Shown here one piece after another: positions 1-9,187 of a stretch of 64,000 bases of DNA; within the stretch, counting starts at the first letter, position 1, and each line of letters starts with the position of its first letter. The stretch is from Pyrinomonadaceae bacterium (GTDB lineage: Bacteria > Acidobacteriota > Blastocatellia > Pyrinomonadales > Pyrinomonadaceae). Both the position numbers and the translations under genes were made by a program. Below the pieces are notes generated by a model, which saw only the letters and a program-made list of their open reading frames with translations, ran no database searches and had not been told where the DNA came from. The stretch spans positions 1-64,000 of the forward strand of contig JBKBYA010000007.1 in NCBI GenBank assembly GCA_046313635.1, given 5' to 3'.

Positions 1-392
1 TCCTCCTTCTCGAATTTTGGTTTGAGCCGGGCAAACCGCCGGAGGCGGGCGACGAACTATTCATTCGAGCTCCGGTATAGGTGAGAGGTCTCTCAGATCA
101 CTTCTGTTTAGGTTGCGGTCGGAGCTATACTTGGCATCAAGTGGGCGCGTGCGGCAAGGACTCTTCACTTACGACAGCAGGCTCTTGCCCCGAAAGGGAC
201 ATGGCACTATACGCATAGTCGAGACGACCCGCAGCGATACCCGCCTCCAGCGAGGCGTTGCCTTGGGAAGCGGGCAAAAGCGTCGGCGACACATCCTGTT
301 GCCCAGCTAAACAGCAGGATAATCCTGACGTAAAACCGCTGCAACGCAGCACCGCCCACTCTCTCCACGCACCCACACCTTTTCATACCACT
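1..392 (-). mobile_element. Probable non-coding left end of an IS110-family (bridge/seek RNA type) insertion element; transposase would start just outside the window
   Basis: No credible ORF. Replaces the 5' half of an aac(3)-I-like gene at ~392. Minus strand ends in AGAAGGAGGA (strong SD, plus 1-10) pointing out of the window. Dense hairpins (AGCTCCG 68-74/CGGAGCT 120-126; GGCAAG 153-158/CTTGCC 184-189; GGAGGCGGG 41-49/CCCGCCTCC 240-248). Junction 10-mer CACTTACGAC (389-398) recurs internally (166-175). Family assignment is inference. Confidence 0.55.
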
Positions 393-590
393 TACGACCT
401 CGCCGTCGACCAAAATTACCGCCGACGCGGAGTGGCGACAGGTCTCATAAGCCATCTCCGCGAGATCGCTCGCGAACTCGGTTCGTGGGTGATCTTCGTG
501 CAGGCCGATCCCGGGGACGAGCCCGCGATCAAACTGTACGAATCTCTGGGAACGCGCGAGGATGTGCACCACTTCGACATCCGGCCGTGA
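393..590 (+). pseudogene. 3' fragment of an AAC(3)-I-family aminoglycoside N-acetyltransferase (GNAT), interrupted at its 5' side
   Basis: YDLAVDQNYRRRGVATGLI...GSWVIFVQADPGDEPAIKLYESLGTREDVHHFDI matches the AAC(3)-I C-terminal pattern (YDLAV..HRRQGIATALI..YVQADYGDDPAVALY..LG.RE.V.HFDI). Upstream in-frame residues are unrelated. Confidence 0.75.
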
Positions 591-602
591 GTCGTTCACA
601 TT

Positions 603-1004
603 ATGAAGATCAATGCGCGGGTCGATAACAGCCCGTCCGGGCATTCGGTTTCGGTCAGCACCAACGGAGCGGCAAAGTCGATCGTGCTCCCGCCGAAGGA
701 CGGAGCTCCCGGCTCGGAGGTGAACGGCGGCGAGCTGCTATTTCTTGCCCTGGCGACTTGCTACTGTAACGATATCTATCGCGAAGCGGCCAAGATGGGC
801 GTCACGGTGAGGCGAGTCGCCGTCACGGTCGAAGGTGAGTTCGGGGGCGTCGGCGAGCCGGCGCGGGGCATCACCTACGCGGCCGAGGTCGACGCCGACG
901 CGAGCGAGGAATTGATCCGCGACCTGATGCGGCACACCGACCGTGTCGCCGAGATCCACAACACGCTCAGGGCAGGAGCCTCGGTCGAGCTGAGGCTCGA
1001 CTGA
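603..1004 (+). CDS. OsmC/Ohr family protein
   Basis: NGGELLFLALATCYCND motif, 133 aa, ends ..VAEIHNTLR. Confidence 0.8.
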   Translation: MKINARVDNSPSGHSVSVSTNGAAKSIVLPPKDGAPGSEVNGGELLFLALATCYCNDIYREAAKMGVTVRRVAVTVEGEFGGVGEPARGITYAAEVDADASEELIRDLMRHTDRVAEIHNTLRAGASVELRLD

Positions 1005-1024
1005 GCACGACCTCGATCGACAGA

Positions 1025-1474
1025 ATGAATATCCGACCGTACAACGAACGAGATCTTGCGGACGTGATCGCGCTGTTTCGATCTAACATTCCGAAGTATT
1101 TTGTACCCGATGAGGAGACCGGCCTGCGCGAGTTTTTGTCCGAGTCTGGCGACGGCTACTACGTCGCGGAGCTCGATTCGAGCGTCGTGGGGGCGGGCGG
1201 TTTTGCGCTCAACGACGATGGTGGATCGAAGACGATCTCGCTCTGCTGGGGAATGATCCGGGCCGACCGGCTCGGAACGGGGCTCGGGAAGCGGCTGACC
1301 GAATTTCGAATTAAAGCGGCGAGAGAGAGATTCGGCGCTCTGCCGATCGTGATAAGCACCTCTCAGCATACGCGCGGCTTCTACGAGCGATTCGGCTTTC
1401 GAATGACGCGCCACGTCGCCGACCATTTCGCGCCCGGGATCGACCTCTGCGAGATGCGCCTTGACAAGCCGTGA
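1025..1474 (+). CDS. GNAT family N-acetyltransferase
   Basis: IRPY start, GTGLGKRL acetyl-CoA motif, FYERFGF. Confidence 0.85.
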   Translation: MNIRPYNERDLADVIALFRSNIPKYFVPDEETGLREFLSESGDGYYVAELDSSVVGAGGFALNDDGGSKTISLCWGMIRADRLGTGLGKRLTEFRIKAARERFGALPIVISTSQHTRGFYERFGFRMTRHVADHFAPGIDLCEMRLDKP

Positions 1475-1586
1475 ACCGACGCCGGGCACTTGCGGCAGCC
1501 GCGGTTGATAGGCTCGCTGCGTTCGATAGGGAACACTCGAGCAGGCTGCTGACACGCTGTCCGATTCATGTCAAAATCCACAAGAA

Positions 1587-2876
1587 ATGGAACCTAAATA
1601 TCAAACCGGATTCGGCAATGAGTTTGCCACAGAGGCCGTCGCCGGGGCCCTGCCCGTCGGAATGAATTCGCCGCAGCGGGCGCCGCTCGGCCTCTACGCC
1701 GAGCAGTTCTCGGGGACGGCATTCACGGTGCCGCGCGCTTATAACCGGCGCACGTGGACGTACCGCATCAGGCCGAGCGTGCTGCACAAGCCATTCCGGC
1801 AGATCAAGAATGGGTTGATCCGCTCGACGCCTTTCGACGAGGTCGTGACGACGCCTAATCAGCTCCGTTGGAATCCGCTGCCGATGCCGAGCGGCCCGAC
1901 CGATCTTGTGCAGGGGATCACGACCATCGCGGGCAACGGCGATCTGTTTTCGCAGGTCGGGATCGCGGTGCACATCTTTGCATGCAATGCGGAAATGACC
2001 GACCGATTCTTTTACAACGCCGACGGCGAGATGCTCGTCGTCGCCGAAAAGAATCGGGTGCGATTCTTGACCGAGCTCGGCATCGTCGAGATCGGACCGG
2101 GCGAGATCGCGTGCCTGCCGCGCGGATTGAAGTTTCGCGTTGAGCTGCCCGACGGCGACGCCCGCGGCTACATCTGCGAAAACTACGGGCCGCAATTCCG
2201 CCTGCCCGACCTCGGCCCGATCGGGGCGAACGGCCTCGCTAACCCGCGCGACTTTGAAACGCCGGTCGCGTGGTACGAGGACCGCGAGGGCCCGATGGAG
2301 ATCGTGGCCAAATTCGGCGGCAGACTCTGGGCGTGCGAGACAGACCACTCGCCGCTCGACGTCGTCGCGTGGCACGGCAATTACGCGCCGTACAAGTACG
2401 ACCTGCGGCGATTCAACACCATCGGATCGATCTCGTTCGACCACCCCGACCCGTCGATCTTCACGGTGCTCACCTCGCCGTCGGGCGAGCCCGGTGTGGC
2501 GAATTGCGACTTCGTCATCTTCCCCGACCGATGGCTCGTCGCCGAAGACACCTTTCGACCGCCGTGGTATCACCGCAACGTGATGAGCGAGTATATGGGC
2601 CTCGTCTACGGCCAGTACGACGCCAAAGAAGAAGGCTTCGCGCCGGGCGGCGGCTCGCTCCATAACCAGATGTCTGCGCACGGACCGGACCTCGATGCAT
2701 TTGAAAAGGCCTCAAACGCCGATCTGCAGCCGCAGAAGCTCGCCGGCACGATGGCCTTTATGTTCGAGTCGCGCTACATCATTCGCCCGACCAAATTTGC
2801 CATGGAGACCGACGCTCTGCAGAAGGATTATTACGAGGTATGGCAGGGATTGAGAAAGAATTTTAAGGGACAGTAG
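1587..2876 (+). CDS. hmgA: Homogentisate 1,2-dioxygenase
   Basis: [54 protein letters not shown]. Confidence 0.97.
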   Translation: MEPKYQTGFGNEFATEAVAGALPVGMNSPQRAPLGLYAEQFSGTAFTVPRAYNRRTWTYRIRPSVLHKPFRQIKNGLIRSTPFDEVVTTPNQLRWNPLPMPSGPTDLVQGITTIAGNGDLFSQVGIAVHIFACNAEMTDRFFYNADGEMLVVAEKNRVRFLTELGIVEIGPGEIACLPRGLKFRVELPDGDARGYICENYGPQFRLPDLGPIGANGLANPRDFETPVAWYEDREGPMEIVAKFGGRLWACETDHSPLDVVAWHGNYAPYKYDLRRFNTIGSISFDHPDPSIFTVLTSPSGEPGVANCDFVIFPDRWLVAEDTFRPPWYHRNVMSEYMGLVYGQYDAKEEGFAPGGGSLHNQMSAHGPDLDAFEKASNADLQPQKLAGTMAFMFESRYIIRPTKFAMETDALQKDYYEVWQGLRKNFKGQ

Positions 2877-3146
2877 ATGTGCCGCAGCATCAAACCGCTA
2901 TTCAATTTTGAGCCGCCCGTGACCGACGATGAGATCCGTGCGGCGTCGCTGCAGTTCGTCCGCAAGATATCGGGATCCAATAAACCTTCAAAGGCGAACG
3001 AGGCCGCGTTCGACTCGGCGGTGGAGGCGGTCGCCGCGGCCGCTCGCGAGCTGCTCGGCGCGCTGGTCACAAGCGCCCCGCCGCGCGACCGCGCCGCCGA
3101 AAACGAAAAAGCCCGTCAGAAACGGGCCTCGAGATCTTGGCGATGA
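2877..3146 (+). CDS. DUF2277-like small protein
   Basis: MCRSIKPLFNFEPP..DEIRAASLQFVRKISG..KPSKANEAAF pattern. Confidence 0.8.
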   Translation: MCRSIKPLFNFEPPVTDDEIRAASLQFVRKISGSNKPSKANEAAFDSAVEAVAAAARELLGALVTSAPPRDRAAENEKARQKRASRSWR

Positions 3147-3153
3147 GGGGCCG

Positions 3154-3528
3154 TTAGACCGACGCGGGCTCGAGATAGTTGATGATCACCTTTTCGAGTC
3201 GGCCAAAGTCGACGGGCTTCGGGATGACGTTATCGAAGCCGGCGGCCCGCGCCTTGTCGCCGTGGACCTCGTCAAAGGCGGTCACGCCGATTATAGGTAC
3301 GCTTGAGAGCCTTTCGTGCTGCCTTAGCGCGCGGGTCGCGGTGAGCCCGTCCATAACGGGCATGGCGATGTCCATCAGTATCAGGTCGGGACCGAATTTT
3401 TGAGCTGTTTCGATCGCCTCGCGTCCGTTTGAGGCTTCGGCCACTTCGCAGCCGTACGCGGCCAAGACGATCTTCATCATTTCGCGGACGTCGTCGTGAT
3501 CTTCGACGACAAGTACTTTCGCAGCCAT
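3154..3528 (-). CDS. Single-domain response regulator (CheY-like receiver)
   Basis: VLVVEDH, DLILMDIAMPVMDG, KPVD. Confidence 0.92.
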   Translation of the reverse strand: MAAKVLVVEDHDDVREMMKIVLAAYGCEVAEASNGREAIETAQKFGPDLILMDIAMPVMDGLTATRALRQHERLSSVPIIGVTAFDEVHGDKARAAGFDNVIPKPVDFGRLEKVIINYLEPASV

Positions 3529-3609
3529 TTCCCTTCGCTCGCTGTTACAGAGGCAGTTTACAAAATGGAAATTTGTGTTGCAAAGTTTTGAGTGTTTACA
3601 GGCAAATGC

Positions 3610-3648
3610 AAAAAGGCACCTGACATTTCTGTCAGGTGCCTCTTTTTT
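3610..3648. terminator. Bidirectional intrinsic terminator downstream of the RRM gene
   Basis: AAAAA-GGCACCTGACA-TTTC-TGTCAGGTGCC-TCTTTTTT. Confidence 0.8.
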
Positions 3649-3663
3649 ATCCGGGTCTCCAGC

Positions 3664-4023
3664 TTACCAGCGGTTGCCGCCAAAGCTGCCGTAGCCGCCG
3701 CCTCCGCCGCGGTTGCCGCCTCGGCCGCCGCCTCCGCCGCGGTTGCCGCCTCGGCCGCCGCCGCCGAATCCGCCGCGATCCTCGCGGGGCTTGGCCTCGT
3801 TGACCTTCAAGTTGCGGCCGTCAAACTCTTTGCCGTCGAGCTGAGCGATGGCGTTCTCGCCATCTGCCTGCGACGCCATTTCGACAAATGCGAAACCGCG
3901 CGAGCGGCCCGTCTCGCGATCTTCGACGACGTTGGCCGATTCGACCGTGCCGACCTGTCCAAAGAGGTCGTTGAGATCCTGATTCGTGGTGCTGAAAGGG
4001 AGGTTCCCTACATAAAGTTTCAT
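3664..4023 (-). CDS. RRM (RNP-1) RNA-binding protein with Gly/Arg-rich tail
   Basis: KLYVGNL (RNP2), RGFAFVEM (RNP1), VNEAKPRE, tandem GGGGRGGNR tail. Confidence 0.95.
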   Translation of the reverse strand: MKLYVGNLPFSTTNQDLNDLFGQVGTVESANVVEDRETGRSRGFAFVEMASQADGENAIAQLDGKEFDGRNLKVNEAKPREDRGGFGGGGRGGNRGGGGGRGGNRGGGGGYGSFGGNRW

Positions 4024-4238
4024 TTTCTTAATAATCTTTTCCGTCGGACGGAATTCTACAGAAGCTCGCTTGAACCGGACTCTAAGCGAAAAGCTGCGGC
4101 CGGATTCCTGGGTCTCAAATACTGCTGAGAGCTGCTACTTCCAAACCTACTATCAATGACCGCTCTCTAACTATCCAGAAACCGTTCTTGAGAAAGCGCG
4201 TCCATATGAAAGGACGCGAGAGTGGATCTACGGGGATT

Positions 4239-4267
4239 AGAATGCACTTTTGCCGCGGCGGTTGCAA
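4239..4267 (-). promoter_or_regulatory. Candidate sigma70 promoter of the RRM gene (~200 nt 5' UTR)
   Basis: Minus strand TTGCAA-N17-CATTCT, between an upstream terminator and the RRM gene. Confidence 0.4.
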
Positions 4268-4307
4268 GCTCATTCGCACACTTTGGCATGAGGTCAACGG
4301 GTCCGCA

Positions 4308-4345
4308 AACAAAGAGGGCCGACGTCTCCCACACCGTCGGCCCCG
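4308..4345 (-). terminator. Intrinsic terminator after the hypothetical gene
   Basis: Minus strand GGGCCGACG-loop-CGTCGGCCC followed by TCTTTGTT. Confidence 0.6.
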
Positions 4346-4477
4346 TTTCGCCTTCAGTATCCTCTGGCGAGGGCTAAAGGCGCGATGGAATGATATGACT
4401 ATTCCCGGCCGCAGGCAAGGTGGATCATCAGCCGATAATTTCGATCACGGTCGATCTCTCACGGTTTCCGATAGCCG

Positions 4478-4879
4478 CTACGCGGGGTGTATCGGACCGC
4501 GGTATTCGGACTCGACCCGCCAATCGTCGTAGAGCGTCCATGCGATCTTGCTTGCGATCATATTCTGGATCGTCTGGCGCGCGTAACGCTCGGTAGCGGT
4601 CGTGTACGGAAGCCTGAAGTCCTTGATGGCATCGTTGCCCGACTGGCTCCCAAACCTCCATTCAAAAGTGACGCTGATCGACCCCGCTAGCCCGCTGCGC
4701 AGTCTGTCGATGGCGGCGTCCAGCGACGGCGTCACGAATGTGCTCACATGACTTGCCTCTGCCGGAGCTGCCGGAGCTACCGCGGCGAACGTGCACTCCA
4801 CGCTGGCCATCCTCGCGAACTCGCGGCACAGATCCAATTGCTGCTGGTCAAATTCAAGGTGTTTTCCTGGCTCGGCCAC
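4478..4879 (-). CDS. Hypothetical protein (~133 aa)
   Basis: GTG start at 4879 preceded by GAGGAGGGG; terminator downstream; no family recognised. Confidence 0.5.
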   Translation of the reverse strand: MAEPGKHLEFDQQQLDLCREFARMASVECTFAAVAPAAPAEASHVSTFVTPSLDAAIDRLRSGLAGSISVTFEWRFGSQSGNDAIKDFRLPYTTATERYARQTIQNMIASKIAWTLYDDWRVESEYRGPIHPA

Positions 4880-5074
4880 AGGGTTCCACCCCTCCTCATG
4901 TAAAGAGTCTTGTTGCGAGAGGCCTAGAGCCCCCGCTCCGGCCTCCCGTACTGGCCCCGCCGGCATCCTTCAGTTGTCCTATTGTTTGCTCAACAGAAAA
5001 GTGCAATCCCTCGAGCATTCCAGAATGTGCGAAAAAGTTTTTGGAGGGCGCTCGCGCGCACCGTGGTCGTACGA

Positions 5075-8000
5075 TCACGCGCGCTTGTCGAACATGCTCA
5101 TTATGACCGCCTTTAGATTTTCGAGGTCCACGGGCTTGGGGAGATGGATCTCGAAGCCCGCCGTCAGAGCGAGCTCGCGGTCGGTCGGCGAAACAAATCC
5201 AGAGAGCGCGATCGCGGCGGTGCGGCGGCCGCCGAGTCGCTTTTCGCGAGTGCGCACCGCTCGGATCAGGTCAAGGCCGTCGGTATCTGCCATTCCGATG
5301 TCGCTGATGATCAGATCAAAGCTGCTCGATGCCAGCCGCTCGAGTGCCGTCGCGGCGCTGGTACAGGCGGTCGTCGTCGCTCCGTTTGCCTCCATTACGA
5401 CACGCATCAGATCGAGAGCGTCAGGATCGTCATCGACGATCAGTATCCTCAGCCCGTCGAGCGGGAGCGCCTGCCGCTGGGAAAAGTTATCGAGGTCGTG
5501 AGCTCCCGAGGGCAGACCGGCGAAGGAGACCGGCTCGGGGACAAGCGGCAGCTCGACCGTGAACGTCGCTCCACGATCCGGCCCTTCAGAATACGCGGTG
5601 ACCGTGCCGCCGTGGAGCTCGACGATATTCCTGACGATTGTGAGCCCGAGACCGAGGCCGCCGTATTTGCGCTTGTAGCTGCCGTCGGCCTGCCGAAACC
5701 GGTCGAAGATCTCGGGCAGCAGATCGGGCTCGATCCCGATGCCGGTATCGCTCACCGTCAGTCTGGCGAGCGACCCGTGCCGCTGCAGGCTGACGTCCAC
5801 GCGGCCCCCGGCCGGCGTAAACTTGATCGCGTTCGTCAGGAGGTTGCCGACCGCCTGCTGCAGCCGATGTCGGTCGCCAAACATCTCGCCTGAAAAATTG
5901 TCGACCACGGCGTCCAGTCGTACGCCCTGCGCCGCGGCGGTCGGCCGCGAAGATTCGACGGTCGAATGCACTATCGACGAGAACGAGAGATTCTCTTTTT
6001 CCAGACGGAGCTTGCCCGTGATGATGCGCGAAACGTCGAGCAGGTCCTCGATCAGTGCGTTCTGCAGCCGGACGTTGCGGGCGATCACCTCGAGGCCCTT
6101 GCGGACGGTCGATTCGTCGACCCGGCTGTTGAGCAGTATCTGCGTCCACCCGAACATCGAGTTGAGCGGCGTTCGCAGCTCGTGCGAGAGCACGGCCAAA
6201 AAGTCGTCCTTGGCCCGATTGGCCTCTTCGGCGGCGACGCGTGCGGCGTGCTCTCTCGCGAGGATGTTGCGGCGCTCTTCTTCTATCGACCGGCGCTCGC
6301 GGATGTCCTGCACCTCGATCACGGTACCGACGGTCTTGCCGGCCTCGTCAACGAGCGGGCTGGCGGTGAACGCGACCGGATAAAAGCTGCCGTCCTTGTG
6401 TACAAAGATCTCCTCGCCCTGCATCTTTGCCCGCGTCGGAAAGGCCTGATCGATCGGGCACTCCGAGAGCGGATAGGGTCGTCCGTCCGGCCGTGTGTGG
6501 TGGACGACCTCGTGCAGCGCCCGTCCGCGCGTCTCTTCAAAAGAGTAGCCGGTCAGCTTCTCGGCCGCGGGATTCATAAAGGCGCAGTGCTGGTGCTCGT
6601 CCATGATGAAGAGGGCCGTGGTCGCATTGTCGGTGATCGACTGGTAGAGCCGACGCTGGGCCGCAAGCTCGATCTCCGTTCGCTTGCGGTCCGACACGTC
6701 GGTCGTCTGGCCGACGACCCGTATGACCTCGCCCGCCTGGTCGCGGACGACCAAGGCCCGCTCCTGCACCCAGATCCACTCGCCATTCTTGTGACGCACG
6801 CGGTATTCGCGGTCGAATGTCGTCCCGGTGACGCGGCCGGCAAGCTCGATCGCCTCGGCCTCGCTGGCGACGGCCCGGTCGTCAGGATGAATAAGCTGTG
6901 CCCATGCCGACCAGCTCGTATCGATCTCCTCACGCCGGTAACCGGTGACCAGTTCGACGCCGACCGTGCGCAGGACCTTTCCGGTCTTGACGTTCCACTC
7001 GTAGCTGAAGCCTTTGACCGCTTCTTCGGCGATCTGAAACCTAAGGTTCGCCGCCTCGATCCGCTCCTCGAACTTACGCCGCTCGTGCACGTCGGTGACC
7101 GAGCCCACCCATTCGCGAACGATCCGGCGACCGTGCTCGTCGGTGGTGAAGATGGCCGCGGCCCGCGCGACGAAGTATCGATACTCGCCCGACGCCGCAT
7201 GCCAGACGCGGCCGCGCGATTCATAATCGGCGCCCGTCGAGATCGACCGCTGCCAGATCGTCTTGACCTCGTCTCGATCGTCAGGGTGCAGCGCGTCAGC
7301 CCAGCCAAACCCGCGCATCTCCTCCCATGTCTGACCTGTGTAGGCGGCCCATGCGGCCTGGTACTCGACGAATGCTCCGGAGGCGTCGGTCGACCAGGGC
7401 ACGTCGGTCAGTACCGATACGAGAGATCGAAACCGCTCCTCAGACTCGCGCAGCGCACGCTCGGCACTTTTTCTTTCGGTGATATCGCTGGCGATGACCG
7501 AGACCATGACGGGACGTCCTTCGGCGTCGCGGATCGGCGAGACGGTCAGCAGAGCGTCAAAGACCGAGCCGTCGCGTCTCGCTCGCTTGGTCTCAAAGTG
7601 AAGTATCGATCGACCCGCGGCTACGGCCGGCAGTATCGTCTCGTGCAGCTCGTCCATTCGGTCAGCCGGAATGATGGCCTCGATGTTCCTGCCGATCGTC
7701 TCGTCGGCCTTATACCCAAAGAGGTTCTCGGCGCCGGCGTTCCAGCTTTGGATCGTCCCGTCGAAAGAATATGTATAGATCGCGTCGGCCGACGACGCGA
7801 CGATCGCGGCGAGCTGTGCCGAAGCGGTCTCGGCGGCCTTGCGCCCGCTGATGTCGAGGATCGCCATCACTTCGCCGCTCACCCGGTCCTCGGCGTCGCG
7901 GATGACGATCTTTGAGCAGAGTATCTCGATCGGCGTTCCGTCCTTTCGCCAAAATGTGCCCTCGTAATTGCGCACCGACGCATCGTCGCCGTTCACCGCG

Positions 8001-9187
8001 CCGAGCGGGCACTCGCCTCGCGGGAAGGGCCGTCCGTCCGGATAGCTGTGGTGGATCACATCGTGAAGTCGCCGGCCGCGAAGCTCGTCGAGCGTGAAGC
8101 CAAAGGTCTTCTCGGCCTCGGCATTGGCGAAGGCGATCCCGCCGTCGCGGTCCGAGACAAATATCGAGAGGGCGGCCGAGTCCATCACGCTCTGCGTGAG
8201 GTTGAGCTGGTAAAGGAGCTCTTCCTGGGCGAGCTTGCGTTCGGTGATGTCGATCGCGGCGACTGCGACGCCGGTGACCTCGCCGCTCGCGTCGCGCAGC
8301 GGCTCGAGCGTCACGTCGTACCACAGCACACCCGAGCCGTCGATGCTCGTGCGAAATTCGATTCGCGTCCCGACACCCGTTTCGATGACGCTTCGCTTGG
8401 CCTCGACGAGCGGCGCCGCCACGTCGGCCGGCAGTATCTCGTCGTCGCGCCGGCCGAGCACTTCGCTGCGATCGATGAAACCCGGGAGGCTGCCGATCCA
8501 CGAATATCTGAGGTCGCGGTCGGTCGTGTAGACCACGACGTTGCCCGCGCGCGTGACGGCTCTGAATCGTCCTTCGCTCTCGCGGAGAGCCTCTTCGGCG
8601 GTCATCCGTTCGCTGATGTCCCGCGCGATCGTCGAAATGTACTCCGGCTCGCCCGATGCGTCGCGATGAATGACCATCACAAAAGAGACCGGGATCTCGC
8701 GGCCGTCGGTTGTTTTGAGCCCGCCCTCTCCGGTCACCGACCCGTCACGCAGTGCGGCGGGCAGCCACTCCTCGATCGTTCGTTCGGCGGCCCAATCGGG
8801 CGTGAGGCTGCGCTGGCTGTAGAGGCTGAGGTCGGCATCGGCCGGAATGCCGACCATGCGCCTTCCGGCCTCGTTTATGTACACGATCTCGCCGGCGAGC
8901 GTGCTGACGGCGACAAAGTCCGGCGTCGCCTCGATCATAAAGGCTAGACGACGCGCTTCTTCTTCGGCCCTGATCCGCTCGGTTATATCGACGACCGTTC
9001 CGATCAGCTGCACCGGTCGGCCCGATGCGTCGACGACGGAGCGGGCGGTGTCTTCGACCCAGATCCAGCTGCCGTCGGCCCGCCGGACGCGGTAGACCTG
9101 CGGTATCGCCCGCCGGTCCTCATATAGCGCTCGTAAGCGGCGAGGTGATCCGGGAGGTCGTCGGGATGGATGATCGAGTGCCACCAT
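5075..9187 (-). CDS. C-terminal part of a frameshifted multi-PAS hybrid sensor histidine kinase (PAS repeats, HisKA, HATPase, receiver)
   Basis: Repeated PAC motifs (..DITER), LSHELRTPL, NLLTNAIKFT, DTGIGI, GLGLGL, receiver DIGMADTDG. Real coding begins ~9097 (VYRVRRADGSWIW). Confidence 0.85.
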   Translation of the reverse strand: MVALDHPSRRPPGSPRRLRALYEDRRAIPQVYRVRRADGSWIWVEDTARSVVDASGRPVQLIGTVVDITERIRAEEEARRLAFMIEATPDFVAVSTLAGEIVYINEAGRRMVGIPADADLSLYSQRSLTPDWAAERTIEEWLPAALRDGSVTGEGGLKTTDGREIPVSFVMVIHRDASGEPEYISTIARDISERMTAEEALRESEGRFRAVTRAGNVVVYTTDRDLRYSWIGSLPGFIDRSEVLGRRDDEILPADVAAPLVEAKRSVIETGVGTRIEFRTSIDGSGVLWYDVTLEPLRDASGEVTGVAVAAIDITERKLAQEELLYQLNLTQSVMDSAALSIFVSDRDGGIAFANAEAEKTFGFTLDELRGRRLHDVIHHSYPDGRPFPRGECPLGAVNGDDASVRNYEGTFWRKDGTPIEILCSKIVIRDAEDRVSGEVMAILDISGRKAAETASAQLAAIVASSADAIYTYSFDGTIQSWNAGAENLFGYKADETIGRNIEAIIPADRMDELHETILPAVAAGRSILHFETKRARRDGSVFDALLTVSPIRDAEGRPVMVSVIASDITERKSAERALRESEERFRSLVSVLTDVPWSTDASGAFVEYQAAWAAYTGQTWEEMRGFGWADALHPDDRDEVKTIWQRSISTGADYESRGRVWHAASGEYRYFVARAAAIFTTDEHGRRIVREWVGSVTDVHERRKFEERIEAANLRFQIAEEAVKGFSYEWNVKTGKVLRTVGVELVTGYRREEIDTSWSAWAQLIHPDDRAVASEAEAIELAGRVTGTTFDREYRVRHKNGEWIWVQERALVVRDQAGEVIRVVGQTTDVSDRKRTEIELAAQRRLYQSITDNATTALFIMDEHQHCAFMNPAAEKLTGYSFEETRGRALHEVVHHTRPDGRPYPLSECPIDQAFPTRAKMQGEEIFVHKDGSFYPVAFTASPLVDEAGKTVGTVIEVQDIRERRSIEEERRNILAREHAARVAAEEANRAKDDFLAVLSHELRTPLNSMFGWTQILLNSRVDESTVRKGLEVIARNVRLQNALIEDLLDVSRIITGKLRLEKENLSFSSIVHSTVESSRPTAAAQGVRLDAVVDNFSGEMFGDRHRLQQAVGNLLTNAIKFTPAGGRVDVSLQRHGSLARLTVSDTGIGIEPDLLPEIFDRFRQADGSYKRKYGGLGLGLTIVRNIVELHGGTVTAYSEGPDRGATFTVELPLVPEPVSFAGLPSGAHDLDNFSQRQALPLDGLRILIVDDDPDALDLMRVVMEANGATTTACTSAATALERLASSSFDLIISDIGMADTDGLDLIRAVRTREKRLGGRRTAAIALSGFVSPTDRELALTAGFEIHLPKPVDLENLKAVIMSMFDKRA

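Noticed and set aside
1..392. 5' part of a group II intron
   Set aside because: No GTGYG at the junction, and the internal match to the flank is a direct copy rather than the complementary EBS/IBS relation. Not fully excluded without the adjacent gene.
258..590. Full-length 110-aa ORF from the ORF track
   Set aside because: The first 45 codons are read-through from the inserted non-coding element; only 393-590 is acetyltransferase-like.
3697..3765. 30-bp tandem repeat as a separate element
   Set aside because: It is simply the Gly/Arg-rich tail of the RRM protein.
5966..7915. Long antisense ORFs (also 14814-16553, 23895-25502, 37367-39379, 40091-41518, 51581-53311)
   Set aside because: Shadow frames opposite well-supported high-GC genes, with no recognisable motifs.
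9090..9105. Programmed ribosomal frameshift in the hybrid kinase
   Set aside because: No slippery sequence or homopolymer at the break.
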